Source of the DNA: a virus | Lineage: Duplodnaviria; Caudoviricetes | Strand: one strand, 5' to 3' | IMG/VR virus record: IMGVR_UViG_3300032295_003840 | Location: 102,913-166,912 of that record | DNA: 64,000 nucleotides | In this document: piece by piece, positions 45,321-53,956 of the stretch | Layout: every line of letters begins with the position of its first letter | How positions within the stretch are numbered: position 1 is the stretch's first letter | Program-made: the position numbers and the translations under genes | Notes under the pieces: model-generated | Told to the model about the DNA's origin: nothing | What the model saw: only the letters and a program-made list of their open reading frames with translations | Database searches by the model: none

Positions 45321-45457
45321 AGCGAGCTCCCGTACTTGACTAGCTGGCGACGCAGATGTTGCAGGACATAGTTCCAATACTGCTGGGCCCATTCACTGCG
45401 AGCCGATTCCAGCACTGCCTCGACTCGTTCCATGCGCTGTATAGTCAATTCAATCAT
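45317..45457 (-). CDS. Small hypothetical protein
   Basis: MIELTIQR..SEWAQQYW; GAGGAG RBS; directly behind a strong promoter. Confidence 0.7.
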   Translation of the reverse strand: MIELTIQRMERVEAVLESARSEWAQQYWNYVLQHLRRQLVKYGSSL

Positions 45458-45490
45458 ATATTCGCTCCTCAATGGTATCGTGGAGTCATC

Positions 45491-45519
45491 ATTATAGCAA
45501 AAAAATTCGTTGTTGTCAA
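45491..45519 (-). promoter_or_regulatory. Consensus sigma70 (early) promoter
   Basis: TTGACA-N17-TATAAT with TGc extension. Confidence 0.88.
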
Positions 45520-45716
45520 GCATTACTGCCTAGTGCGTGACTGTATCGATGTGCGCGCACTTCACAGTTTAATTGTGACCGAATGTCCTGTGTCATTTGG
45601 TCTACTTCGTCTTGACTTCTTGCCACACCACCGTATTGCCAGCTGTGCAGACGACCTATGCTGTCCTGACGGGCATATTCTAAAATCCAAAACACGTCGC
45701 TGAATCTGTTGTGCAT
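45516..45716 (-). CDS. Small hypothetical protein
   Basis: Fills the gap after dsbA; 66 aa. Confidence 0.5.
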   Translation of the reverse strand: MHNRFSDVFWILEYARQDSIGRLHSWQYGGVARSQDEVDQMTQDIRSQLNCEVRAHRYSHALGSNA

Positions 45717-45718
45717 GA

Positions 45719-46060
45719 TCAGTCCAATTCTCCGCCTTCGGAAATGTCTGCTGGTTCATAGACATGGTTGGTATTGCTGCGCGTTACCTTGGTAGGCGCA
45801 ATCGTGGCAGTATTGGTAATGGTCTCGTACATGACTTCGAACTGTTCGTGTTCTGCTACTTCTTCGTTGAAGTTACGACGATGATAGACCTTGGCCATGC
45901 GTCGGAAAATCTTTTTGTCAAGTTCAAACTGTTCACAGGTTGTCTTGATGATGTCCTTGATTAGATCACGCTCAGCTTCAGACCTTGTCAGACTGTTGCT
46001 GATTTCCTGCAGTGCCTGCTCGATCTTTTTTCGATCCGCTGGGTTGCTTGGTATGTTCAT
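45719..46060 (-). CDS. dsbA: T4 DsbA-like double-stranded DNA-binding protein
   Basis: QEISNSLTR.EAERDLIKDI...RRMAKVYH..NF.EE..E.E.FE..YE. Confidence 0.8.
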   Translation of the reverse strand: MNIPSNPADRKKIEQALQEISNSLTRSEAERDLIKDIIKTTCEQFELDKKIFRRMAKVYHRRNFNEEVAEHEQFEVMYETITNTATIAPTKVTRSNTNHVYEPADISEGGELD

Positions 46061-46229
46061 TATGTGTGTACTCCTCTATGCTATGGATAGGCCAAAAAAT
46101 ACGTACTGGTTTCCAGTAACGCGATACAATGATGTTGATTGATACAATGCCTGCTGTGATGACAATTAATCCCAGCATCACCAGAATTGAACCAACAAAA
46201 AACATGGCAGCGTCAGCTATGGTCATCAT
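45978..46229 (-). CDS. Small membrane protein
   Basis: One long hydrophobic segment; GGAG RBS. Confidence 0.6.
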   Translation of the reverse strand: MMTIADAAMFFVGSILVMLGLIVITAGIVSINIIVSRYWKPVRIFWPIHSIEEYTHNEHTKQPSGSKKDRAGTAGNQQQSDKV

Positions 46230-46378
46230 GAGGTCTCCAGGTCAGGCTGATTGCGAGACTTCTTTTCACGTACTCTGATCTCACTGGCCAGTTGCGCCTG
46301 TATGGTCTGACGTTTGAGCTCACCGCGGCGATGTGGATCTAGCTCATTTTGAAACATCCATTTAAGATGCTTCTTCAT
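46226..46378 (-). CDS. Small basic hypothetical protein (50 aa)
   Basis: Hand translation MKKHLKWMFQNELDPHRRGELKRQTIQAQLASEIRVREKKSRNQPDLETS*; ATGA overlap with the next gene. Confidence 0.55.
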   Translation of the reverse strand: MKKHLKWMFQNELDPHRRGELKRQTIQAQLASEIRVREKKSRNQPDLETS

Positions 46379-46404
46379 ACGAAATGCTGCTGTGGGTCTT
46401 AACA

Positions 46405-46782
46405 TTAACCTCTCCTCATGGTAGAAATGTCCTTGGCTTCTTGATCGCTGAAGATTGGAACCATGTTGCTCTTGTGCATGGTGCCAATGCCCACCATCTT
46501 GTCGCCAGTATAAACCTTGACAGGCACTGCTGCGGTACTGCCGCCTCCAGTGTCCAGGCTGGGTATATGTCGAGTGCTGCGTTCATGATTAAGATTGACC
46601 GGAGCAATCGACGTCTTCTTGGCCAAGGCTGGTACTTTCTTGGCCGGATACTTCTTCAACAATGCCTGCCAGTCAGCCTCGAGCTCGCGAGCGCGGGCGG
46701 CCTCATCGGCATTGCGGAACTTACGCTTACCTTTTTTCTTGCCCTGCATGCTAAGCCAGGGACCTTCGAGATGCATGCTCAT
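46405..46782 (-). CDS. Phage hypothetical protein
   Basis: HIPSLDTG, YTGDKMVGIGTMHKSNMVPIFS..EAKDISTMRR, a pattern I recognise from T4-like phages. Confidence 0.85.
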   Translation of the reverse strand: MSMHLEGPWLSMQGKKKGKRKFRNADEAARARELEADWQALLKKYPAKKVPALAKKTSIAPVNLNHERSTRHIPSLDTGGGSTAAVPVKVYTGDKMVGIGTMHKSNMVPIFSDQEAKDISTMRRG

Positions 46783-46982
46783 TTTAAAGACACCGCAGAG
46801 TGAAAGAATGCATGCAGTATAATTACTGATGTCCAGTTTGTCAAGCTAAATTCAATGTTCAGACCAAACAGAGTATTCAGAGCTTGAATCACCAGCAATG
46901 GTCCAAGCACAACCATCAAGACAGCAAACACTACAACAAATATCAAATTCCAGTTCGTGGGTTTCAAATCAATCTTCATCAT
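46779..46982 (-). CDS. Small membrane protein
   Basis: Two hydrophobic segments, GPLLVIQALNTLF; AAGGAG RBS. Confidence 0.75.
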   Translation of the reverse strand: MMKIDLKPTNWNLIFVVVFAVLMVVLGPLLVIQALNTLFGLNIEFSLTNWTSVIILHAFFHSAVSLK

Positions 46983-46991
46983 GACAACTCC

Positions 46992-47309
46992 TTAGTTACA
47001 GATGCTTTGAGTGGCTACGGCTACACCGATGTTGTTGTACAGATACTCAGTGCGGCATTCTGGATAACGATAGAACCAGGTAGTGGGTGGCGGTGCACCA
47101 TACTGTGGTGCTGGCACGGGCTGTGCAGGACGTTGCTGCAGCTGCACACCCGCAGGATAGATTGGCGCAGGCTGAGCCGCACGATTTAGTTTGTCATAGA
47201 TCCAATATCCAGCCACGCCTGACACCACGCCTTGCTCGAAGGCGCCCCAGGCCAGGGCCTTGGTACTGACCATGGTCAGCAATGCTGCTGTTAAAAGATA
47301 CTTCTTCAT
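46992..47309 (-). CDS. Secreted/membrane hypothetical protein
   Basis: Likely start MKKYLLTAALL (47309) after AAGGAG; signal-peptide-like; Pro/Gln-rich. Confidence 0.75.
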   Translation of the reverse strand: MKKYLLTAALLTMVSTKALAWGAFEQGVVSGVAGYWIYDKLNRAAQPAPIYPAGVQLQQRPAQPVPAPQYGAPPPTTWFYRYPECRTEYLYNNIGVAVATQSICN

Positions 47310-47320
47310 GATGTTGCTCC

Positions 47321-47485
47321 TTAGAAAGATGTTACTGTGCAGTCGCTGGGACGGCGTGCCTTGTTCAGCAGTCGGCGCAGACCGCGGCCAACCTTGGCAC
47401 TGGTTTCGCGTTTCTGTGCTGCTTTGCTCAACGGCTTCGCCGGAGCTGGTTGCGATTTTGGTAGTGTGTAAACTTTGCCAGCCAT
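47321..47485 (-). CDS. Small basic hypothetical protein (54 aa)
   Basis: Hand translation MAGKVYTLPKSQPAPAKPLSKAAQKRETSAKVGRGLRRLLNKARRPSDCTVTSF*; AAGGAG RBS. Confidence 0.7.
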   Translation of the reverse strand: MAGKVYTLPKSQPAPAKPLSKAAQKRETSAKVGRGLRRLLNKARRPSDCTVTSF

Positions 47486-47499
47486 GTCTATCTCCTTGA

Positions 47500-47688
47500 T
47501 TAGAAACCTTCGGATGTAGGCGCACGATCGTTGACCGGTACCTGCTTGGGTGCATTGGCAGCCTTGCTGGCCTCACGAACAGCACCTTGCAGGAATCGCA
47601 CACCCTGGTCTGCTTTCTGCGCCATGGTGCTGAATCCAACTGTGCAGGCCGATACACCTAGAACGAAACCTATGATCAAGTTACCCAT
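47500..47688 (-). CDS. Small membrane-anchored hypothetical protein
   Basis: MGNLIIGFVLG..TVGFS; AAGGAG RBS. Confidence 0.75.
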   Translation of the reverse strand: MGNLIIGFVLGVSACTVGFSTMAQKADQGVRFLQGAVREASKAANAPKQVPVNDRAPTSEGF

Positions 47689-47719
47689 TTGATGCTCCTT
47701 TCCCATTTAACGTACCACC

Positions 47720-47748
47720 ATTATAGCAAAAAAGCACCGTTTTGTCAA
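47720..47748 (-). promoter_or_regulatory. Consensus sigma70 (early) promoter
   Basis: TTGACA-N17-TATAAT with TGc extension. Confidence 0.88.
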
Positions 47749-47807
47749 GCCTTTTATCACCTTCTTTCGCCTTGATCTGCTTGGCTCTGCGTTATATTAG
47801 CAAAATA

Positions 47808-48266
47808 TTAAGACTTTTCTGCCTGTTTTTCAGGCAGAATTTCGGGAAAAGCACGGCGTACCAGCCCCTCGGTCAGTCCCTTGTACTTCTTCTGCAGAGC
47901 CTTGTCTTTTAGAGCGATCAGCATGTCAGCCTCGATGCCATTGATGCCCTCCAGCATCTGGATAAAGATGTTCTCGATCTGTATGCGTTTGATGTTCTTG
48001 GGGCGGCGTGGATGGTTCTTGATCAACAGATATAGACGCTTGCTCTCAGCATAGAAGTTGGTCTCGGCCATGTTCACAGGATGTGGCGACCGCTTGTAGG
48101 GAGGCTCACCCTTGGGCAGATCAAATTCATGCTGTGGATCAAAGTTCAAGGCCAGTACATACTTCAGTGTCTGACCATTCTTGTGACTACGCAGTAATTG
48201 AATTCGTTCTTCTTCGCTCTTGGTCTGAGCAATCTGTTCAAAGAGTTCTGGTAATAGTAGATGCAT
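47808..48266 (-). CDS. Conserved phage protein (DUF6433-like)
   Basis: NFDP..FDLPKGEPPYK, E.IFIQMLEG, KDK.L..KY.GLT..V..AFP; commonly follows rnh. Confidence 0.8.
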   Translation of the reverse strand: MHLLLPELFEQIAQTKSEEERIQLLRSHKNGQTLKYVLALNFDPQHEFDLPKGEPPYKRSPHPVNMAETNFYAESKRLYLLIKNHPRRPKNIKRIQIENIFIQMLEGINGIEADMLIALKDKALQKKYKGLTEGLVRRAFPEILPEKQAEKS

Positions 48267-49165
48267 TAAAATTCTCCGATGTGTTCCATCATGTTCTTCA
48301 TGCGGTGTTCCATGAAGTAGTTTAGTAATTGGCTGCGGTCTTTCTTGACACGACCAATCCAGGCGTTCAGCACGTTGTCACGCACTGCATCGGGTATGTA
48401 GTCAAAATCAATGAGATAGCGATTGCGCTGAAAGTTACGCGCCACTTCCACGGGCACATGGCTATGAAAGTCATCCATGGGGATTGTCTCCCATTCGGCC
48501 ATGCGCTTCTTGGTAATGGGCTTCTGACGGCTCTCGGTGACGAAGGTATCGTCGGCGCTGAGAATATTGGGAATGCCATCGCCCTTGTCGCCATTGACAA
48601 TGTGCTCCAACAGATAGCTTTGCACACTGCTGTCAGGACGGACCCACTTCTTGTGAATGGGACTATACTGCTGCACATTCTTATACTTCTGCAGCTGAAT
48701 GAAGTCATGGTCGCCGCTCAGCACCAGGAATGGGCGCGGCACTTCTTCGCCAAAGGCTCCGTCTTGCTGCAGGTCATTGGTCTGACTCCAGGCTGCCAGT
48801 ATGGCAATGACATCGTCTGCCTCGGCACCGTCGACATCGATCACAGCATAGGGGAAGAAGGTGCTGAGCTCGGCGCGGATCTCACTCAGAGTGTCAAAGA
48901 TCAGCTTCCAGTCAAAGCCTGAGTCGGCTCGAGCCTTTTTACGACTGGCCTTGTAGTAGGGGAATTTATCCTTGCGCCAGTAGTGGCGGTTGTCACAGGC
49001 AATGACCAGTTCGCCAAACTCAGCACCAAATTTTACTTTATAGCTGCGTATGGCATTGATGATCATGTGGCGGATCAGATCCTTGCGAATCTCCACATCG
49101 GTTCGGCCTGCCAGTTCGGCCATGAGCGTACTAATGGCCGTCTGGTTAAAGTCAACAACAATCAT
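48266..49165 (-). CDS. rnh: T4-type RNase H / 5'-3' exonuclease
   Basis: MIVVDFNQ, IACD..YWR..FPYYKASR, EADDVIA, SGDHDFIQLQ, GDKGDGIPNILS. Confidence 0.95.
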   Translation of the reverse strand: MIVVDFNQTAISTLMAELAGRTDVEIRKDLIRHMIINAIRSYKVKFGAEFGELVIACDNRHYWRKDKFPYYKASRKKARADSGFDWKLIFDTLSEIRAELSTFFPYAVIDVDGAEADDVIAILAAWSQTNDLQQDGAFGEEVPRPFLVLSGDHDFIQLQKYKNVQQYSPIHKKWVRPDSSVQSYLLEHIVNGDKGDGIPNILSADDTFVTESRQKPITKKRMAEWETIPMDDFHSHVPVEVARNFQRNRYLIDFDYIPDAVRDNVLNAWIGRVKKDRSQLLNYFMEHRMKNMMEHIGEF

Positions 49166-49194
49166 TTTGAGTCCTTGAAAATTATGGTAACACC

Positions 49195-49223
49195 ATTATA
49201 TATGATCTGCGCACTGATGTCAA
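49195..49223 (-). promoter_or_regulatory. Consensus sigma70 promoter for rnh
   Basis: TTGACA-N17-TATAAT. Confidence 0.85.
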
Positions 49224-49241
49224 GCACTCTGAACCGTTTCA

Positions 49242-49511
49242 TCATTCTTCATGCTGCTTTTCCCGTTGTTCGAAACGCTGCTCCTGTATGGTCTTTTCTT
49301 TGGAGACCTTTCTGGGATTGGCACACATATAACAACGGGGATTGCCGCAGTTCAAGATATGCTTCTTATGATTGCGATGCGGTTGTTCGATGTATCGCCA
49401 TTTGTTTCTGTGCATGCCATAGTCTTTGGCAATCTGCAACTGCTTGTCAATGGCCACCTGATCTTTGTGTAGTCGGCGGCTATGCTTCTTTTTGTCGTCT
49501 TCGTGGCTCAT
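49242..49511 (-). CDS. Small basic Cys/His protein
   Basis: CGNPRCYMCANPRK..TIQEQR. Confidence 0.8.
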   Translation of the reverse strand: MSHEDDKKKHSRRLHKDQVAIDKQLQIAKDYGMHRNKWRYIEQPHRNHKKHILNCGNPRCYMCANPRKVSKEKTIQEQRFEQREKQHEE

Positions 49512-49512
49512 G

Positions 49513-49929
49513 TTAAATTAGATGATGTCTTTTGTATTGCTCTTGACGTTCAGCTTCATGATGATCGCACAGAGTACGGATCCAACCTCCATGTCTGAGC
49601 TGTCCTGGTACACCACATTCCTCGCAGGTATATCCTGCCCAGGCCTCGGCCATCTCCACCATGCCACGAATACGTTCATCGCCACCTTCATAGTAGAAGC
49701 GAAGCCCGCCAAATTTTTCCTTGATCTGCACTACACGCACAGGCTCTACAAGCTGCTCATCGCGATTACGCCACTTTAGATAGTGGCTGATGCTGCCACA
49801 CAGGCTTTCTATGATGGGCCACCAGCCAGCACCAGTGGCTACTCCACCGTAGGATTTGCTGAACATATCAGCATGCTTGGTCTCTAGACGCTGTATGAGT
49901 GCGTCATATTCTTGTTCATTCCAGGCCAT
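49513..49929 (-). CDS. Phage hypothetical protein with C-terminal Zn-finger-like motif
   Basis: GWWPII, QIKEKFGGLRFY, TCEECG.PG, GWIRTLC..H. Confidence 0.85.
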   Translation of the reverse strand: MAWNEQEYDALIQRLETKHADMFSKSYGGVATGAGWWPIIESLCGSISHYLKWRNRDEQLVEPVRVVQIKEKFGGLRFYYEGGDERIRGMVEMAEAWAGYTCEECGVPGQLRHGGWIRTLCDHHEAERQEQYKRHHLI

Positions 49930-50065
49930 ATGAATACTCCATGATGTAGATCAGCACCAATATTAGTACGATCCACTCCATTATAGTGAATTGCTGCAAG
50001 AAAGTCAAAAGCCTAGGAGCCTTTTTGTGAATCCAAAACTGTAGTCGTTCTAGGGGACTGATCAT
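49916..50065 (-). CDS. Small membrane protein
   Basis: C-terminal hydrophobic helix; start uncertain. Confidence 0.5.
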   Translation of the reverse strand: MISPLERLQFWIHKKAPRLLTFLQQFTIMEWIVLILVLIYIMEYSYGLE

Positions 50066-50327
50066 CTTTCTGGTCCTTGGGTATGTTATACTCTCTGCCA
50101 TACTGTGAATGGTGTCCTTGTACCTCTGGCCCAGCATACTTTACATTGCCTTCTACTGGCAGACCAAATCGTCGACGAATGTTGCGCATGTCGGCCTGTG
50201 AGCCACAGCACCGTGCACATTCTTCGACGACGGCTTCTGCAAACCGTCGTGCAGTGCCAGTCCAGAGATTACTCATGTAGATATTGAAGTGAGTGTCTTC
50301 TGCTAGTTTACGAAACGGATCGTTCAT
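50013..50327 (-). CDS. Hypothetical protein
   Basis: RFAEAVVEECARCC..IRRRFG pattern of small phage proteins. Confidence 0.7.
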   Translation of the reverse strand: MNDPFRKLAEDTHFNIYMSNLWTGTARRFAEAVVEECARCCGSQADMRNIRRRFGLPVEGNVKYAGPEVQGHHSQYGREYNIPKDQKDDQSPRTTTVLDSQKGS

Positions 50328-51400
50328 AGTACCCTCAGCAGCAAAGTATCTTCGTTGATGCGACCATTGAGCTGAGTCTCAGTGGTAGTCAGGTCTGGCA
50401 GAATCTTTCTCAGTGCCACCTTGCCTGCGGCCATCATCTTAGGAATGATGACATCGGGTTTGCGCAAGGTACGCTGCACACTGGTGTCGGGATCATAGCC
50501 CTGCAGGCTAGTACCTTTAACACTGAAGCCACTGGCACCAACTGCATTGTACACGCCCAGCTTCTTGTTCTTGATGTTGTAGACCCAGAGCTGCTGTGCA
50601 CCAACAATGCTGGGCGCACTCACACTCTTCAGAGCTTCATGTTCCTTCAAATACTTGAGCCTGGCTACCTGCTCACCCGCAGGCTTGGCCTTCTTGGCAC
50701 GTGGCTTGCGATTGGCCTTCTTGAAGTTCTGATAGCGGTCAGCGTCTTCGATCAGACTCTGCAGGAACTCTTTGAAGGCACGGACATCACGTTTGCCCAG
50801 ATGAGTCCAGGCCTCGGTAACCTGAGCATCAGTGCCAATCAGCTCTAGCTCATCTAGTTGCCGTCTGCAGATGGGCTCGACGCCTGCGAGGTATTGCTTG
50901 GCGACGTTGTGGGCCTGACAGTACTTGTACAGGTTGTAGCCAGTAGGCTTAAAGGAATTAAGAATAAAATTATCAATCTCGCCATCTATGGCTTCTCCCA
51001 GAAACTCGGCCTGCTTCTCCAGCATGGCATCCTGAATGCTGCGCTTGGGTGTCACAGTTGCCACCACTGCAGGTTCTTCTTCTCGCACACTCTGGGCCTG
51101 TGTCAGCAGATCACGAAAATGATCCTTGAGACGCTGCTGTACTGCGTCTTCAAACACAGTACCATTCATCTGCATGCGTGCAATCCAACCATAGGTGCGG
51201 CTAAACTTGTCTTCGTCAATCTTGGCCCAGAATTTATATTCAGCAGGCCAGTTCTTTTTAACCCAGGCACCAGCATAGGCCAGGGCGTCTTTCTTGTCCT
51301 TTTCATAGTTGTACCAGTTCATGGCCTGCATGAACTTGCCCTGATTGTCCTGGTCAAAGGATTCATACTTGGGCTCACCAGAAACGACAGATTTAGACAT
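50324..51400 (-). CDS. Conserved T4-like-phage hypothetical protein (358 aa)
   Basis: NWYNY, LKYLKE, SIVGAQQLWVYN.K.KKL, FSVKGTSL, RTLRKP, NGRINEDTLLLRV. Confidence 0.85.
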   Translation of the reverse strand: MSKSVVSGEPKYESFDQDNQGKFMQAMNWYNYEKDKKDALAYAGAWVKKNWPAEYKFWAKIDEDKFSRTYGWIARMQMNGTVFEDAVQQRLKDHFRDLLTQAQSVREEEPAVVATVTPKRSIQDAMLEKQAEFLGEAIDGEIDNFILNSFKPTGYNLYKYCQAHNVAKQYLAGVEPICRRQLDELELIGTDAQVTEAWTHLGKRDVRAFKEFLQSLIEDADRYQNFKKANRKPRAKKAKPAGEQVARLKYLKEHEALKSVSAPSIVGAQQLWVYNIKNKKLGVYNAVGASGFSVKGTSLQGYDPDTSVQRTLRKPDVIIPKMMAAGKVALRKILPDLTTTETQLNGRINEDTLLLRVL

Positions 51401-51719
51401 GCAGATCTCCTAGATTAAAACTGAATTCTCGAACACTGTCCCAACGAAAACTACGCCAGGCCTGTTTGTCAATGTCCCAGACACTCTGTGCGGCTTCACT
51501 GATCTTGCGTTGCGGCGCTTCGGTCTTTTCAACTATGGGTACAAGATCGGGGTTCAGAGTGCAGTGCAGCCAGCGTTCGGTGCCATCGGCTTTGATAAAG
51601 CAGACATTGACTCTTTCGTTGCGCAGCACACCCCGCATCCAATCGCGAAATTTCGCGCGTTCATCTTCCGTGGCTGTGGCATACCAGCCAGTATTCCATG
51701 TACCATAATCAAAACTCAT
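51393..51719 (-). CDS. SH3-like (WYL_2-type) small protein
   Basis: V.F.KADGTER..CTL, VWDIDKQAWRSFRWDSV. Confidence 0.85.
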   Translation of the reverse strand: MSFDYGTWNTGWYATATEDERAKFRDWMRGVLRNERVNVCFIKADGTERWLHCTLNPDLVPIVEKTEAPQRKISEAAQSVWDIDKQAWRSFRWDSVREFSFNLGDLHV

Positions 51720-52126
51720 TTTCTTTTCCTTTCACCGGTTCTAAGTTGACGATAATCTCCAGCGAGTCTGCCTTTCATTTTATGACACAGTGGGCATAGC
51801 TCGTCTAAATTGGCTTTTCTATTATCGGTATGATCACCATTCTTATGGTCCATTTCTACCATACCAATAAACGCTGGATTCTTTTTATAGTCGATTGGAC
51901 ATTTAAATCCCAGATGCGAATCCTGATTACTACACTTACCTGTCTTAAATGGAGTCACTCCAGGCTTGTATGGTTTACCTCCGTAGTTGGCAATCTGGCA
52001 CGCCGAACAATATGGACGCCAACGTGGATTGGCGTCAGTAATCTTGCCTGTTACTGGGACTACTGGACTATTACACCCATGATTGATGCAGATAGGACGT
52101 TTAGGCATTTGGAGAACGTTTCCCAT
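51716..52126 (-). CDS. HNH endonuclease-like protein
   Basis: EMDHKNGDHTDNRKANLDELCPLCH. Confidence 0.82.
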   Translation of the reverse strand: MGNVLQMPKRPICINHGCNSPVVPVTGKITDANPRWRPYCSACQIANYGGKPYKPGVTPFKTGKCSNQDSHLGFKCPIDYKKNPAFIGMVEMDHKNGDHTDNRKANLDELCPLCHKMKGRLAGDYRQLRTGERKRK

Positions 52127-52356
52127 TACAGATACCTTTCACAGATATGACGCTTGGCGTCTCGGGTTGAACGGTATGTCACATCGTCTATTCTAATAGA
52201 TCTGCCAGTAATAGTCAAGCAGAATTTATCGTTCTTGAACACATAGGCCTTCTTACCACGCACCAATTCTTTGGTACATTGATTGTTCAGGCCAGCAAAG
52301 AACAGAGTGTCGGCTAGTTCTTCGCGATGCTGCATGGCTATGAATGCGTCGTTCAT
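52126..52356 (-). CDS. Hypothetical protein
   Basis: 76 aa, stop/start overlaps on both sides. Confidence 0.7.
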   Translation of the reverse strand: MNDAFIAMQHREELADTLFFAGLNNQCTKELVRGKKAYVFKNDKFCLTITGRSIRIDDVTYRSTRDAKRHICERYL

Positions 52357-52664
52357 TGTAGTCGGAACTTCTTCAAATATTCGTTGGCCTTGGCATAGGG
52401 GTCTTCGTTGTCAGCCGCAATATTGGCTTCGATGTTGTTCAGCACCTGATCGAAGTGCGCCAACATAACCATCTTGACCAGATTTTCTACCTGAACCTGA
52501 TCTACTTTGTCCAGACTAGCGGCCCAGGCTTCTAGATCTTCCATGTCATTGAACTGCCACATTCGGTCCAGCAACTGCACCTGATGCCTGGTTAGACCGT
52601 CTATGGTCAGTCCATGGCCCAGACGATCTTGACGCATCAGACGTTTGCTCTGAAAGCCGCTCAT
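52353..52664 (-). CDS. Hypothetical protein
   Basis: 103 aa; LT..QV.LLD.MW; ATGA overlaps. Confidence 0.75.
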   Translation of the reverse strand: MSGFQSKRLMRQDRLGHGLTIDGLTRHQVQLLDRMWQFNDMEDLEAWAASLDKVDQVQVENLVKMVMLAHFDQVLNNIEANIAADNEDPYAKANEYLKKFRLQ

Positions 52665-52831
52665 TGTTGCTCCTGATAAGCTGCACCCAGCGCCATGAGC
52701 GCAAAGCCAGCCAGGGTAACGCCCAGATACTGCAGAGCCTGAACAAAACCGATGTCAAGGTTGTTCTCGATGCCACCAACGACACCCATGACCATGACCA
52801 GGCCAGCAAAGAAAAATGCTGCTGCTTTCAT
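52661..52831 (-). CDS. Small two-TM membrane protein (56 aa)
   Basis: Hand translation MKAAAFFFAGLVMVMGVVGGIENNLDIGFVQALQYLGVTLAGFALMALGAAYQEQQ*; GAGGAG RBS. Confidence 0.75.
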   Translation of the reverse strand: MKAAAFFFAGLVMVMGVVGGIENNLDIGFVQALQYLGVTLAGFALMALGAAYQEQQ

Positions 52832-52959
52832 ACTGTCTCCTCATCTAGAACAACAACGGTGTACTCAAACCCTGCTTTAAGACCATACTCCTCGGCAGCA
52901 GCTCGGGTATCGAACTCTCGGTAATAACCAATGTTATAAAAGTAGCAAAGGTATCGCAT
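52828..52959 (-). CDS. Small hypothetical protein (43 aa)
   Basis: Hand translation MRYLCYFYNIGYYREFDTRAAAEEYGLKAGFEYTVVVLDEETV*; TAATG/ATGA coupling. Confidence 0.7.
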   Translation of the reverse strand: MRYLCYFYNIGYYREFDTRAAAEEYGLKAGFEYTVVVLDEETV

Positions 52960-53105
52960 TATGCTGACTCCATCTCAATGAGTTGAATCATGATCCGACG
53001 ACGCTGAGCGTCAATACGGGCATTGGTTTCTTCGTCAAAGCAACCAGCCTGTTCGTCCAGCATGGCAAGCTCTTCATACAGTACATCCATCAGTGTGGTT
53101 TCCAT
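52959..53105 (-). CDS. Small acidic hypothetical protein (48 aa)
   Basis: Hand translation METTLMDVLYEELAMLDEQAGCFDEETNARIDAQRRRIMIQLIEMESA*; AAGGAG RBS. Confidence 0.75.
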   Translation of the reverse strand: METTLMDVLYEELAMLDEQAGCFDEETNARIDAQRRRIMIQLIEMESA

Positions 53106-53114
53106 GATATCTCC

Positions 53115-53432
53115 TTAGGCCCAAGTAAGTTCTTTTGCAGGGAACATAATCTTGCCGTCATACTCCAACTGGTCACGCTCATACTGGGTTAGATAATCAT
53201 CATCAACCAACTCCCAGTCAATGATTGTCTCGGTCCAATAGTCCGTGGCTTTCTCGATCTGATCACGCAGAGCCATTACAGCGGTAGTGGCTTCTTCTTC
53301 GTCCCAGATACCAGTAACTACATACTCATCACCACCCTTGGCCTTCCAATAAGCATCTGCACCAGTACCGATGGTGCCGTCTTCGTTCCAAGCATAGTTT
53401 TCATAAACCTGAGTATAAATGACTACTTTCAT
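53115..53432 (-). CDS. Acidic phage hypothetical protein
   Basis: TQVYENY, YWKAKGG.EY, T.YE..QLEYDG; AAGGAG RBS. Confidence 0.85.
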   Translation of the reverse strand: MKVVIYTQVYENYAWNEDGTIGTGADAYWKAKGGDEYVVTGIWDEEEATTAVMALRDQIEKATDYWTETIIDWELVDDDYLTQYERDQLEYDGKIMFPAKELTWA

Positions 53433-53459
53433 CTTTGTCTCCTTATTTACTATACTTCG

Positions 53460-53487
53460 ATTATAGCACCATGAACCAAAATGTCAA
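53460..53487 (-). promoter_or_regulatory. Sigma70 (early) promoter
   Basis: TTGACA-N16-TATAAT with TGc extension. Confidence 0.82.
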
Positions 53488-53804
53488 GAACTTTTTCTGC
53501 CAGTGTGGTTAAGAGCAGGATCGTAGATTGCGATCAATTCGCGTTCTAGATCGTGTGCTGCCTGCTTGCCACGAACCACAGCATAGATGCCATAGGTGTG
53601 AGCTACGGTGCCATACTTGACTATGCTGTTGCACAGAGCCCAGCCCTTGTCTTCGTTGAAAGCACGCCAGACATGCTTCTGGACTCGGACTCTGAGTTCC
53701 TTCTTGCTGCGACCTGCTGTGATGCCCACATACTTCTCACCAGTAACGTTATTAGTAATAACATATACTATGTGGCTTCTGTCGCTTCGTTTCTTTCTCA
53801 TCAT
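53484..53804 (-). CDS. Short GIY-YIG nuclease-domain protein
   Basis: RKKRSDRSHIVY.ITN..TGEKYVGIT, R..KH, AH..ERELI, P.LN. Confidence 0.8.
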   Translation of the reverse strand: MMRKKRSDRSHIVYVITNNVTGEKYVGITAGRSKKELRVRVQKHVWRAFNEDKGWALCNSIVKYGTVAHTYGIYAVVRGKQAAHDLERELIAIYDPALNHTGRKSS

Positions 53805-53810
53805 ACTACC

Positions 53811-53838
53811 ATTATAGCACCACGATGCAAATGGTCAA
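53811..53838 (-). promoter_or_regulatory. Sigma70 promoter, probably leaderless
   Basis: TTGACC-N16-TATAAT with TGc extension; ATG begins 7 nt after the -10. Confidence 0.78.
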
Positions 53839-53853
53839 GCAGAACCAGTAGAA

Positions 53854-53928
53854 ACCCTACGCTTCGGTAGGGTATTCTGTAAGTCATTGATTTCATTGAT
53901 GTTTTTCTTCAATGTTATCAATGGGTTA
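53854..53928. repeat. Intergenic palindrome cluster
   Basis: ACCCTAC-N6-GTAGGGT (53854-53873); CATTGA at 53885 and 53894 facing TCAATG at 53909 and 53918. Confidence 0.75.
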
Positions 53929-53956
53929 GCAACGGGCTGAAATTATTATAAAAATG

